A stretch of DNA of 64,000 nucleotides from Chitinophagales bacterium (GTDB lineage Bacteria > Bacteroidota > Bacteroidia > Chitinophagales > JABDMM01). Position numbers and translations under genes: made by a program. Shown here one piece after another: positions 20,901 to 29,505 of the stretch (position 1 is the stretch's first letter; each line of letters begins with the position of its first letter). The stretch lies in contig JABDMM010000123.1 in NCBI GenBank assembly GCA_013001465.1, positions 8,845 to 72,844 on the forward strand. The letters are read 5' to 3'. Under the pieces are notes generated by a model. That model searched no databases. It worked only from the letters and a program-made list of their open reading frames with translations, and had not been told where the DNA came from.

Positions 20901-23013
20901 ATAACCCTGTAGTGGATAGAAATGCAATTGCTCCTTTGTTTTCATTGATCACAAAGCGCTCGCTGATCCCGGGAGTTGAACCAAATATATACCCTGCAAA
21001 ACAGCCATTGGAGTAGATCAATGGATACTTGCCAAAGTTCGTATAGTTTTCAGGCTCGTCGATACTGATATCAAAACTTCCGGGTGAGGAATGACCGAAG
21101 AAGGTGATCATTGAAACTCCATTTGTTATGAGATCTTTTAAATAATCTGACTGCACATTGGCGATCGGACTTGTTGATTTTTTATAGAATGAATCGATAC
21201 TTGCACCTGTATAAATCTTTTCTAACCTGCCTTTATATGAGTTTAAGTAAGACTTTAAAAGCGCCTGCTCTGCTGCGCTTGTTCCTCCTCCAAAATGAAG
21301 GATTTTCTTCATCCAAAACTTTTCATCTACAGTCTGATAAAAGTCCCCAACTGATTGTTGTACGTTTTCATATTCCTGGATCTTATCCAGGTAGATTCTC
21401 ACTTCATTTGCTGTTCTTGCAGCCAACCTGCCTGTTGGTATCTTTGGAGTGGTGTTGCTATGGTCTGCTGTCAACAAGTTATCAGATGCAGGATTGCCAA
21501 ACGTAGGTATCAGACACTGATCATAGAAGGTCTGCGATACCCGCATTTCGTTATATAAACTACCTTTACCAATGAGAAATAAAAACTCAGGCTGAGTTGT
21601 CCATATATCAACGGCATATTCAGCAAACTTTCGTATTGCTAAAGGGTGTTTCTTGTGACCATATGCAAATTGTTCATAGAGATCATTAACATCGATTGTT
21701 ATAGCATCATATATCGCATCTGGGTTTTCATTTTGGTCTCGATACTTCCTATACTCTTCAACCCAGTTGTTTCCCAAACCATCATTAAACAGATCACGAT
21801 GACTTACTATTATGTAGTTGCCCTGATTCTGTGGACTGCCAAAGTCGATAAAGTCTACCTGCTTTAAAGTGCTTACAATATTCACCTCTGAGTTGTCATC
21901 AGCTCTGATATAGCATTCTCTGCTGTCAAAAGAAATTGGTAATGCCATCGGTATCGGGCTATTACCAGGCGTATGTGTGCTAGTGATCCTTAATCCATTG
22001 GTGAGATCATATAGTATTATTTGTTGGCCATTATCATTAAAATTATTGATTTCCAGGTATTTTCTATTTGAAGGATCACCATCTAGACTGAAGTAGTGTT
22101 CAGATGCATTGAGCATATTCAGGTTCCTTGGGTAAATTACCTCAATATAGCTCACTGCATTTCTATCTGTACCAGGAGCTAATGCTGAAAACTTAAGCGT
22201 ATTGCTAGCCTGAAGGTTGATCGTAGCAGTAGTCTGTTTTACTTTTTGCACTTTATACCCGCTGAAAGCAGTGTCATAAATTAGCAGACCATTCAAATCG
22301 ATATTCATATGGTGGTCTCCTGTAGACCAGGCAGCAACTAGTGTGTTGATGTAGGAAACCGATGCACCGTTCGAAGCGATATTAGGTGTATTAACAGTGT
22401 AGGTTTTAGAAGAAGTATAATCCGCATCGAATAATCCTTCACCTGCTTCGAATACAGAATTGTATAGGTTGGATGAAAAAGTTGCGTAAGGTGTTCCCTG
22501 CAGAAACCGTGTATCATAATTTTTAACAACCCTGTTCCAGACATATTTTTCTTTAGGTGGCAGATTGTTCAGATCATTAATAAAAGCTCCGATCCTTGGA
22601 TTGGAGGAGAGATTGTTCCATGTTAAATAATAGGATGAGGTATCGGTGATCAAACTTGTGAATGGGTTAGAATGCCAGTTTTTTTCCGGGAATAATTCTT
22701 CATCAAACGCACCATCGTTCTTGCGACCATAAAACTCGATGTAATCACTGCTGGAGAGCGTGGAATTGGTCGTTACATAAATTTTAACCTGCTTTCCGTT
22801 CCTGTATAAGGTAAACTGATCGCCATTTATCGAATTTAAAGTTGGGATCGAAGCAGACAATGTTGAATACGGGATCTTATATATTCCATCCTCTGTCACC
22901 TGGATCTTGTGATATTCCTGAGAGTGATTTATCCAATCATTGCTATATACTTGTGCCTCGGCACTTGAGAATGCGATCAGTATAAAGATTATGTATATCA
23001 GCCTCTGAATCAT
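17929..23013 (-). CDS. porU: PorU-like type IX secretion C-terminal signal peptidase/sortase (peptidase C25), unusually long
   Basis: 1694 aa with a signal peptide. Gingipain-type dyad contexts are ITFFGHSSPG (His641, nt 21091-21093) and IYSNGCFAGY (Cys671, nt 21001-21003). C-terminal NVLNYPNPFTTSTQFVF... is a CTD-like domain. The start overlaps the PorV-like stop (ATGA). Confidence 0.8.
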   Translation of the reverse strand: MIQRLIYIIFILIAFSSAEAQVYSNDWINHSQEYHKIQVTEDGIYKIPYSTLSASIPTLNSINGDQFTLYRNGKQVKIYVTTNSTLSSSDYIEFYGRKNDGAFDEELFPEKNWHSNPFTSLITDTSSYYLTWNNLSSNPRIGAFINDLNNLPPKEKYVWNRVVKNYDTRFLQGTPYATFSSNLYNSVFEAGEGLFDADYTSSKTYTVNTPNIASNGASVSYINTLVAAWSTGDHHMNIDLNGLLIYDTAFSGYKVQKVKQTTATINLQASNTLKFSALAPGTDRNAVSYIEVIYPRNLNMLNASEHYFSLDGDPSNRKYLEINNFNDNGQQIILYDLTNGLRITSTHTPGNSPIPMALPISFDSRECYIRADDNSEVNIVSTLKQVDFIDFGSPQNQGNYIIVSHRDLFNDGLGNNWVEEYRKYRDQNENPDAIYDAITIDVNDLYEQFAYGHKKHPLAIRKFAEYAVDIWTTQPEFLFLIGKGSLYNEMRVSQTFYDQCLIPTFGNPASDNLLTADHSNTTPKIPTGRLAARTANEVRIYLDKIQEYENVQQSVGDFYQTVDEKFWMKKILHFGGGTSAAEQALLKSYLNSYKGRLEKIYTGASIDSFYKKSTSPIANVQSDYLKDLITNGVSMITFFGHSSPGSFDISIDEPENYTNFGKYPLIYSNGCFAGYIFGSTPGISERFVINENKGAIAFLSTTGLSISISLDVFAKKFIKNMSKDLYGRPLGEIIQSTIAEINATNQDIYTELVTHEMTLHGDPALKLNFYEDPDYAIEPNHVRFEPRVVSAVLDSFDIIMDIHNLGKAVKDSFDIRLIRNKEDGTQLNYTKRIEAPLYKSTVRFRLPTITGQQNGDEASNSIETFSISIDASDEVIGELSEMNNSIPNSYFPEEISLNIIAEDVFPVSPYNYGITGSKNIILKSSTSNPFSNSRWYIMQLDTSKLFNSSFKTEARVFHPGGVIEWNVNLLDYDSTVYYWRVAKDSSDPSAINWHESSFVYIPGSTGGWNQSHYYQFEENAYSNIYIDSLDRNFHYVDDVKEIDVTTGVGNGIGGNLADDDLGWLLNGVKMHRWRMGGCGGLNGLTFAVIDENSGLPWSSINQGGSDFGPYGNFHCSFQYFEQFGFNFNTTGTHPDLGIPWSQVISNFIDSIPSGSYILMYSHNMPPYTSWDNSLVNKLLGIGAMSVLPLSKGGFAAAPYIFFTQKGNSSYPHVEKLGSSYSTPISENIVFTGSWKEGFFRSDRIGPAKNWDRLLYKSTSVETGNTDNISIDIYGVPKSNDNSEILLSRIKNATDTTLSFIDAATYPYLRLQFNALDDINRTPSQLQYWRVMFEEAPDIAINPAVKYLFDNDTLQLGESLAIKIGAQNISNLDIDPVLVKFSHLDASQSFDTSFVRYQGLSANDTLHLTYKLETYNEGIGDNILTIEMNPDNDQVEKYHFNNIGILNYKVFGDNTNPLLDVTFDGEHILDGDIVSAKPFILITLKDDNSYLALDDTSVIEVELNYPDGSAKKIFHKSSIMDFIPADASGGGSNNSAKVELRPEFFEDGIYQLVVRDKDKSGNRSGGATPFKISFEIVTTAGISNVLNYPNPFTTSTQFVFTLTGSELPEYFKIQIMTVKGKVIKEITQSEIGNLHIGRNITDYTWDGTDQYGDPLGNGVYFYRVVTRMANEEIEHINTEADKYFKKGIGKMVLLR

Positions 23014-24119
23014 TTACCCTGTTTGTTTTTTCTGTTGATGGAGGCGACTATTGAAATCACATGACTATAGAGGGTTTCTGACTGATTTCCGATATCTGAG
23101 AATGCATAATCCACTTTCAGGTTTTCCGCAAAAAGGAAGTTATTAAGCTTGAATCCTAAACCAATGTTAGGTTGAAAGCTATAAGTCTTTTCACCATAAT
23201 CATCCGTCGCTCGTTGAAAATTACCGATACCGCCTCTCAGGAAAATGATTCGCTGGTAGTGTAACTCTAAACCCAGACTAAGATCAATTGAAAGCGGATC
23301 GCTTTGTATCAATGTATTTCTTTTTCCATCAGTTGTGACCGTCATCTTAATTTCTGGTAGTATCCCAAATTTTTCTTTTACCAGGTAGTCATAAGCAGCT
23401 GAAAAATGCAAAGACGGTGCTGTGAGCTCTAAAGAGTTTTCAGGTATTTCGTTATTGGTGACTGCAAGAGTTTGTTTTTCTTCCTCAGTAAAGTGAAAAG
23501 ACCAGGCGTTAAAAGTTGTGGTTATATCTTTTGCTGTAATTGCAAACAACCACTCTTTATGTTGGTACTGACCACCAATATCAATTCCAAATCCAATCGA
23601 GTTGGCAAACGATCCTGCCCGTCGATAGACGATCTTCACATTTCCTCCTACATTGAGATTTTCAATTCCTGTCTTCTGGGCATATGTAAGCAGAAAGGCA
23701 TAATCTCCAACTGAAAATGATTTGATGTTATCATAATTGATCGAACCATCGTCCTCGATCAGATCCAGTGTATTGGGAATGTCATCCACTGCAAATCTAA
23801 TCATAGATAAGGCCAACGATCTCCTTCCATCATCGAATGGAAGCGCAAAAGCGATATAATCATACTTCGAAACACCTGCAAAATATTCTGTGTGAGTAAA
23901 AGCAACCTCAAGATCTGTTTGTAATCGAATTAATCCGGCTGGATTATAAAATGCGGAGCTGACATCGTCTACCGAAGCATTCACTGCTTCAGACATGGCC
24001 ATACCTCTGGCGTTAACAGGGATCGTGAGAAATTCATTGGAAAATTTCCTGACCTGACCAAACGCGGAAAATGTGAAAAAAACTACCGAAATAGTTAATA
24101 ATACCTGAAATCGATTCAT
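23010..24119 (-). CDS. porV: PorV/PorQ-family outer-membrane beta-barrel (T9SS shuttle-like)
   Basis: 369 aa with a signal peptide. FLTIPVNARGMAMSEAVNASVDDVSSAFYNPAGL resembles the N-terminal signature of PorV/LptO-family barrels. Alternating beta-strand pattern. Immediately upstream of, and overlapping, the PorU-like gene. Confidence 0.6.
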   Translation of the reverse strand: MNRFQVLLTISVVFFTFSAFGQVRKFSNEFLTIPVNARGMAMSEAVNASVDDVSSAFYNPAGLIRLQTDLEVAFTHTEYFAGVSKYDYIAFALPFDDGRRSLALSMIRFAVDDIPNTLDLIEDDGSINYDNIKSFSVGDYAFLLTYAQKTGIENLNVGGNVKIVYRRAGSFANSIGFGIDIGGQYQHKEWLFAITAKDITTTFNAWSFHFTEEEKQTLAVTNNEIPENSLELTAPSLHFSAAYDYLVKEKFGILPEIKMTVTTDGKRNTLIQSDPLSIDLSLGLELHYQRIIFLRGGIGNFQRATDDYGEKTYSFQPNIGLGFKLNNFLFAENLKVDYAFSDIGNQSETLYSHVISIVASINRKNKQGK

Positions 24120-24137
24120 TTAATAATACAAAGGATC

Positions 24138-24794
24138 CTAGATATGATTAAACGTATTTCTCCATTTAAGTTTCAAAATTTCGTCCATATCCTCGACTAT
24201 CATTTTAAGCGTATCAAGCGTTTCGAACTCAAGTTTGGAGCCAACTCCTCTCAAATAAACCCTTGAAAATGCCCTGATAAACGTTTCAGTGTCTTGGTAG
24301 CTGTATAAATATTTGAATTTCAAAAAATTATCGAATCTTTCAATGAAGACAGAATCATTTCCAATATCGTTTTCTTGAAAAAACAGTGAGATAGATTCTG
24401 TTTCTGTTTGTGCGAGTTTTTTATAGAATTTATCAGCCCAATGTTCTTCTTCTTTAATGATCTGCCTGTCGAGAAGCATTTCATACAAGATATGGGCAGC
24501 AAAATATGCTCTCCTTAAGGTAGGAATTCTATCTTGCATTTTCCTCTTGATTATTTCCACATTTTCTGCAAAAGCTTTGCTGTTGTGGAAAACAGCATCT
24601 ACCTGATAGTGTCTTAATATACCAAGATGCATATGTCTGAATACAGAGTTTTCCTGCATTTCAGGACTCGATCGCTTGAATTTTTTATTGTAAACTTTGG
24701 AAAATCCTTTTCTTAAGTCAGGCAGAACAGTTCCTAATGTAAAGTAGGGTTCTTCAATATGTTTGTCGATGTAGTAGTGGGATAAATAATTCAT
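24138..24794 (-). CDS. acyl carrier protein phosphodiesterase (AcpH)-like protein
   Basis: From the internal Met the protein starts MNYLSHYYIDKH...LGTVLPDL...GILRHYQVDAVFH. This parallels the E. coli AcpH N-terminus (MNFLAHLHLA...LLADF...GIHMHRRID). The ORF-track start at 24899 would overlap tyrS. Confidence 0.5.
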   Translation of the reverse strand: MNYLSHYYIDKHIEEPYFTLGTVLPDLRKGFSKVYNKKFKRSSPEMQENSVFRHMHLGILRHYQVDAVFHNSKAFAENVEIIKRKMQDRIPTLRRAYFAAHILYEMLLDRQIIKEEEHWADKFYKKLAQTETESISLFFQENDIGNDSVFIERFDNFLKFKYLYSYQDTETFIRAFSRVYLRGVGSKLEFETLDTLKMIVEDMDEILKLKWRNTFNHI

Positions 24795-24852
24795 TAACGG
24801 CTCATCGGCTGGGTTATGCTTATTATATTTGCAGGCAAAAGTACGATAGAAA

Positions 24853-26127
24853 ATGGGATTTATCGAAGAATTAAAGTGGCGTGGAATGCTGCAGGACATG
24901 ATTCCTGAGACGGAAGACTATGTAAATTCTGGCTCGGCTTCAGCATATATAGGTTTCGACCCGACTAGTGATTCGTTACATGTTGGAAACCTCGCGACCA
25001 TCATGCTCCTCGTCCATTTTCAGAGATATGGCAACAAACCCATAGCTCTTGTTGGAGGAGCAACTGGTATGATCGGAGACCCATCCGGAAAATCTGCAGA
25101 AAGAAACTTTCTCGATGAAGGTCAGCTGAGATTAAATCAGAACTGTATAGAAAAACAACTCAGACAATTTCTAGACTTTGATGGCGATGCGGCTGCTGTT
25201 GTTGTGAACAATTATGACTGGATGAAGAAAATTTCTTTTCTTGATTTCATTCGCGATATCGGTAAGCATATTACTGTTAACTACATGATGGCGAAGGATT
25301 CAGTTAAGAACAGGATCGAAGGCCAGGGTATTTCTTTTACGGAATTTTCATATCAGCTCGTTCAGGGTACCGATTTCTATCACTTGTTTTCTGAAATGGA
25401 CTGTAAAATGCAAATGGGCGGTTCCGATCAATGGGGAAACATCACAACCGGAGTTGAATTGATCAGAAGAAAACGTGGGGATAAAGCCTTTGCTCTTACT
25501 TGTCCTCTCGTCACAAAAGCAGACGGAAGCAAATTTGGTAAAACCGAAAGTGGTAATGTTTGGCTCGACCGTGAAAGAACTTCACCTTATAAGTTCTACC
25601 AATATTGGATTAATGCCAGCGATGAAGATGCTGTAAAACTTATTAAGGTATTCTCTCTAAAATCTAAGGAAGAGATCGAATCGATGATCCTTCAGCATGA
25701 AAAAGAACCTCATTTAAGGATTATCCAGAAAGCTCTTGCAGAAGAATTGACAGAAAGAGTGCACTCTAAAAGTGATCTCACCAAAGCTATTGAGGCTACC
25801 AATATTCTATTCGGCAAGTCGACCAAGGATCAACTCGTTGATCTTTCTGAAAGAGATATCCTTGAGGTTTTTGAAGGTGTACCAACCTTCCATATCGGTC
25901 GAGATGATCTTAGCAGTTCACCCGGGATCATCGACTTCCTGGCCGGAACTACGGAAATTCTATCAAGTAAGGGCGAGGCAAGACGAAGTGTAAAGGAAAA
26001 CTCAATAAGCGTAAATAAGGAAAAGGTTGGAGACGCAAAACTTGTCTCAGATTCTGATCTTATCAGTGATAAATATATTGTTGTTCAGAAAGGCAAAAAA
26101 CAATATTTTCTGGTTGTAGTAGATTAA
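24853..26127 (+). CDS. tyrS: tyrosine--tRNA ligase
   Basis: 424 aa. Class-I signature SLHVGNL (HIGH-type) and KFGKTESG (KMSKS-type). C-terminal S4-like domain. Confidence 0.95.
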   Translation: MGFIEELKWRGMLQDMIPETEDYVNSGSASAYIGFDPTSDSLHVGNLATIMLLVHFQRYGNKPIALVGGATGMIGDPSGKSAERNFLDEGQLRLNQNCIEKQLRQFLDFDGDAAAVVVNNYDWMKKISFLDFIRDIGKHITVNYMMAKDSVKNRIEGQGISFTEFSYQLVQGTDFYHLFSEMDCKMQMGGSDQWGNITTGVELIRRKRGDKAFALTCPLVTKADGSKFGKTESGNVWLDRERTSPYKFYQYWINASDEDAVKLIKVFSLKSKEEIESMILQHEKEPHLRIIQKALAEELTERVHSKSDLTKAIEATNILFGKSTKDQLVDLSERDILEVFEGVPTFHIGRDDLSSSPGIIDFLAGTTEILSSKGEARRSVKENSISVNKEKVGDAKLVSDSDLISDKYIVVQKGKKQYFLVVVD

Positions 26128-27398
26128 TCCGTTCTTCTGATCCAATCGCCCAACGCCGAAGCTTTTACAAAACACTCCTCATACTCCTTCTCAGGATCCG
26201 ATAAGTATGTGATAGCTCCACCAACCGTATAGCTCAAGTATTTTTCTTTAGAATTGTAGAGTAGTGTTCTGATTACAACGTTAAAATCGAAGTCATCTTC
26301 TTCAGTAATATAACCGATAGCACCGGAATATAAACCTCGGCTTCCACTTTCATATTTATCGATGAGTTCCATCGCTTTTATTTTTGGCGCTCCGGTCATT
26401 GAACCCATAGGGAATGCATTTTTGATGACATCGATCAGATTGTGATCGTCACTCATTTTAGCAACTACAGTAGAGATCATATGATTGACGGTCTCGAATG
26501 AATAAATACCAAACAATTCTTCGACCTGAATACTTCCGGTGACCGCTGATCTTGTGAGATCATTTCTAACCAGATCGACTATCATTACATTCTCTGCCTG
26601 CTCCTTAGTATCCTCCCGAAGTCGTTTCTTGAGGATTTCATTTTCTTTATTGTTTTTACTTTTTCTAATGGTTCCCTTTATCGGTTGGGAAATGATCTTT
26701 TTGCCTTCTTTTTTTAGGAATCGTTCAGGGCTCATGCTTAAAGCATAGTGAAAATTATTCTTGAAACAAACTGAAAACGGAGACTTTGATCTGCTGTTTA
26801 ACTCAATAAAAGTTAGGATCGGATCTATTTCGGTTTCTTCAGCATAAAACTCCTGACAAAAATTTAACTCATAAACATCGCCTTCCACGATATGCTCCTT
26901 GATCTTATTGACAGATTCGATATAGCTTTCTTTTGAAACTCTAGGGTTCAATCTGATCTCAGAAAGCTTTGAATTTGGAAGTTCCTTTGATTGGATTCTT
27001 TCGAGGATCTGTACCGCCTCGAGATACGGTCTGTCAATAATGACGTGTTCCTTATGAATTTTGATCTGGTACCGTGGTATGAAGAAATACATTTCAGGGA
27101 AATGGCAACGATCGGGATTGTCTGAACTAAGATCTTCGAGTTGATTTTTAAGATCGTAAGAGAAGTATCCCATCATCAGCCCATCATGATTTATTCTGAA
27201 ATTCTGCAATTGTTGAAATGAATTTTCAGATGCTATGATTGACATCTGTGCATCGACACCTAATAGGCATTCGAAACTGTGGTACTTATTTTCTCGATCC
27301 GAATTGTTATCGAGAAAACAAAATGTTGGGAAAGAATTTGCCCAAATGAGCGCTTGTTTTTTGAAAAGTGTTGGGTCGCTTAGTGGGAATTTCGTCAT
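26124..27398 (-). CDS. pabB: chorismate-binding enzyme, probably aminodeoxychorismate synthase component I
   Basis: 424 aa. FPMGSMTGAPK and the C-terminal chorismate-binding layout. No trp genes are adjacent. The start overlaps the purA stop (ATGA). Confidence 0.7.
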   Translation of the reverse strand: MTKFPLSDPTLFKKQALIWANSFPTFCFLDNNSDRENKYHSFECLLGVDAQMSIIASENSFQQLQNFRINHDGLMMGYFSYDLKNQLEDLSSDNPDRCHFPEMYFFIPRYQIKIHKEHVIIDRPYLEAVQILERIQSKELPNSKLSEIRLNPRVSKESYIESVNKIKEHIVEGDVYELNFCQEFYAEETEIDPILTFIELNSRSKSPFSVCFKNNFHYALSMSPERFLKKEGKKIISQPIKGTIRKSKNNKENEILKKRLREDTKEQAENVMIVDLVRNDLTRSAVTGSIQVEELFGIYSFETVNHMISTVVAKMSDDHNLIDVIKNAFPMGSMTGAPKIKAMELIDKYESGSRGLYSGAIGYITEEDDFDFNVVIRTLLYNSKEKYLSYTVGGAITYLSDPEKEYEECFVKASALGDWIRRTD

Positions 27399-28681
27399 AC
27401 AGGATTAAGTGTCATTTTTTTTTCAATGATCTGTTCTCGTCCTGGTCCGTTAGAGATCATTTCAACATTGACACCTAAAAATTCCTCAATAAATTCAACA
27501 TATCTCAATAATGGTTTTGGCAATGCGTCGAAATCCTTTATATGTTCAAGAGAAGTTTGCCAACCACCAAAATTCCTGTATTCCAGATCTATACTAGACC
27601 TGCTCATATCGTAAGGGATGTTTTCGGTTTCATCACCATCATAATTATAGCTGATGCAGGCTTTTATTTCTTCAAAAGTATCTAGTACATCGACCTTTGT
27701 CATTACTAGTGCATCTACGCCATTGATCATCACAGTATACTTTAGAGCAGGTAGGTCGATCCATCCACAGCGTCTGGGTCTGCCTGTTGTAGCTCCAAAT
27801 TCATGACCTGCTTTTCTCAAACGTTCACCATCCTCGTCGAGCAATTCTGTTGGGAATGGGCCTGAGCCAACTCTTGTACAATATGCTTTTGCAATGCCGA
27901 AAACTTTACCAATTTTTTTCGGACTAATTCCAAGTCCTATGCATGCTGCGGCACTAACTGTATTTGAGGATGTAACGTAGGGATAAGTCCCGAAATCTTT
28001 ATCCAGTAGTGAACCTTGAGCTCCTTCAGCGAGAACGTTCCAACCGGCAGCAATCTTCTCATTGATAAAATATTCCCCATCAACGATGTTAAAGGACTTT
28101 AGGAACTCAATACATTCTAAGAACTCTTCCTCTTCAGCATCATCAAAATCAAAGTTATATACCCCTTTCAGGAGCTCTTTGTGTTTGGCTTTTAACTTTT
28201 CATACTTGTGTCTGAAATCATCTTCAAGGATGTCTCCAACTCTAAGGGCATTCCTACCGGTTCTATCCATATAAGCGGGACCTATCCCCCTAAGCGTGGA
28301 TCCAATTTTTTCGCTGCCTTTCGCTTTTTCTGAAGCTGCATCGAGTGCGCGATGTGTGGGTAGAATGAGAGAAGCTTTTTTGGAAATGAGCAAACGATCC
28401 TTACAATCGATGCCATGGGTAACTACATTTTTATATTCTTCCTTGAGCCCGATAGGATTTATCACAACTCCATTACCAATAAGATTCATACAACTCTCAT
28501 ACATCACCCCGGAAGGGATGGTGTGAAGAACGATCTTTTTTCCGTCAATCACCAGAGTATGTCCGGCATTTGGTCCGCCCTGGAACCTTGCAATTAAATC
28601 ATATCTCGGAGCGAGAATGTCAACAATTTTACCTTTGCCTTCATCTCCCCATTGGAGACCTAACAGCACATCAACTGCCAT
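27395..28681 (-). CDS. purA: adenylosuccinate synthase
   Basis: 428 aa. GLQWGDEGKGK P-loop, GGPNAGHT and GTTGRG-type block (GATTGRPRRCGW). Confidence 0.95.
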   Translation of the reverse strand: MAVDVLLGLQWGDEGKGKIVDILAPRYDLIARFQGGPNAGHTLVIDGKKIVLHTIPSGVMYESCMNLIGNGVVINPIGLKEEYKNVVTHGIDCKDRLLISKKASLILPTHRALDAASEKAKGSEKIGSTLRGIGPAYMDRTGRNALRVGDILEDDFRHKYEKLKAKHKELLKGVYNFDFDDAEEEEFLECIEFLKSFNIVDGEYFINEKIAAGWNVLAEGAQGSLLDKDFGTYPYVTSSNTVSAAACIGLGISPKKIGKVFGIAKAYCTRVGSGPFPTELLDEDGERLRKAGHEFGATTGRPRRCGWIDLPALKYTVMINGVDALVMTKVDVLDTFEEIKACISYNYDGDETENIPYDMSRSSIDLEYRNFGGWQTSLEHIKDFDALPKPLLRYVEFIEEFLGVNVEMISNGPGREQIIEKKMTLNPV

Positions 28682-28694
28682 ATTTTGGGTTTTG

Positions 28695-29036
28695 TTATTC
28701 CGTGATCAAAGCTTTTGCATCTGATACGGTATCTACCTGTGTAACTATTCCATCGAGTTTTGTGATCTCGAGTAATTTGCTTACAGAATCCGGAACACAT
28801 GCTAATACCATATTCCCACCTGCTTTTCTGGCTTTTGTCATCGAAGTGATCAAAGCGCCAATGCCTGAACTATTGACAAATCTTGTCTTCGATAGGTCAA
28901 AGATAACGTCATTTTTTCCATCATCAATACTTTCCTGCACTTTTGAAAGAATAACTTTAGAATCTGCATCGCTTAAGACGTTTCCTTCTAATTGAATAAC
29001 TGTAATGTTGTTTTGTACTTCTTGTATTAATTCCAT
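28695..29036 (-). CDS. STAS-domain protein (anti-sigma-factor antagonist family)
   Basis: 113 aa. DLSKTRFVNSSGIGALI carries the conserved phosphorylatable Ser context. Confidence 0.8.
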   Translation of the reverse strand: MELIQEVQNNITVIQLEGNVLSDADSKVILSKVQESIDDGKNDVIFDLSKTRFVNSSGIGALITSMTKARKAGGNMVLACVPDSVSKLLEITKLDGIVTQVDTVSDAKALITE

Positions 29037-29046
29037 TGTGTTAAAA

Positions 29047-29505
29047 TTATTTTTTCAGTTTGAGACAATCCGAACAAATTCCATAAAGGTTTAAAGAATG
29101 ATGCGTGATCTTAAAATGTAATAAATCACCCATCATCGTTTGGATCTGTTGTATTCGCGGGTCACAAAATTCTACTACTTTTTTACATTCTGTACAAATG
29201 ATGTGATCGTGCTGTTTATAACCGAATGATTTCTCGTATTGTGCATGGTTTTTACCAAACTGATGTTTCTTTACAAGATCACACGACACCAACAGGTCCA
29301 ATGTGTTATACACCGTTGCTCTGGAAATGTTCATGTTTTTCGCACGAATTTGTTCGAAAAGTACTTCCGCCTCAAAATGATCAACTCTTTCATATATTTC
29401 TTCAAGTATCGCAAAGCGCTCTGAGGTCTTTCTCAGGTTGTGTTCTTCGAGATAGCTGTTAAACAACTGTTTAACTTCTTGCATCTTATCGTAAATCTCT
29501 ATCAT
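29047..29505 (-). CDS. fur: Fur-family transcriptional regulator
   Basis: 152 aa. Winged-helix N-terminus. HDHIICTECKKVVEFCD and CSDCLK form a CxxC...CxxC structural Zn site. The start overlaps the relA/spoT stop (ATGA). Confidence 0.85.
   Translation of the reverse strand: MIEIYDKMQEVKQLFNSYLEEHNLRKTSERFAILEEIYERVDHFEAEVLFEQIRAKNMNISRATVYNTLDLLVSCDLVKKHQFGKNHAQYEKSFGYKQHDHIICTECKKVVEFCDPRIQQIQTMMGDLLHFKITHHSLNLYGICSDCLKLKK

Noticed and set aside
24795-24899. 5' extension of the AcpH-like ORF that would overlap the tyrS start by 47 nt
   Set aside because: The AcpH-like homology begins exactly at the internal Met (MNYLSHYY...). The 35 extra residues are Cys/Arg/Phe-rich with no similarity and would occlude the tyrS promoter and start.
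28570-28995. 141-aa plus-strand ORF across the purA/STAS junction
   Set aside because: It is antisense to two conserved genes, has no recognisable motif, and is a shadow ORF.
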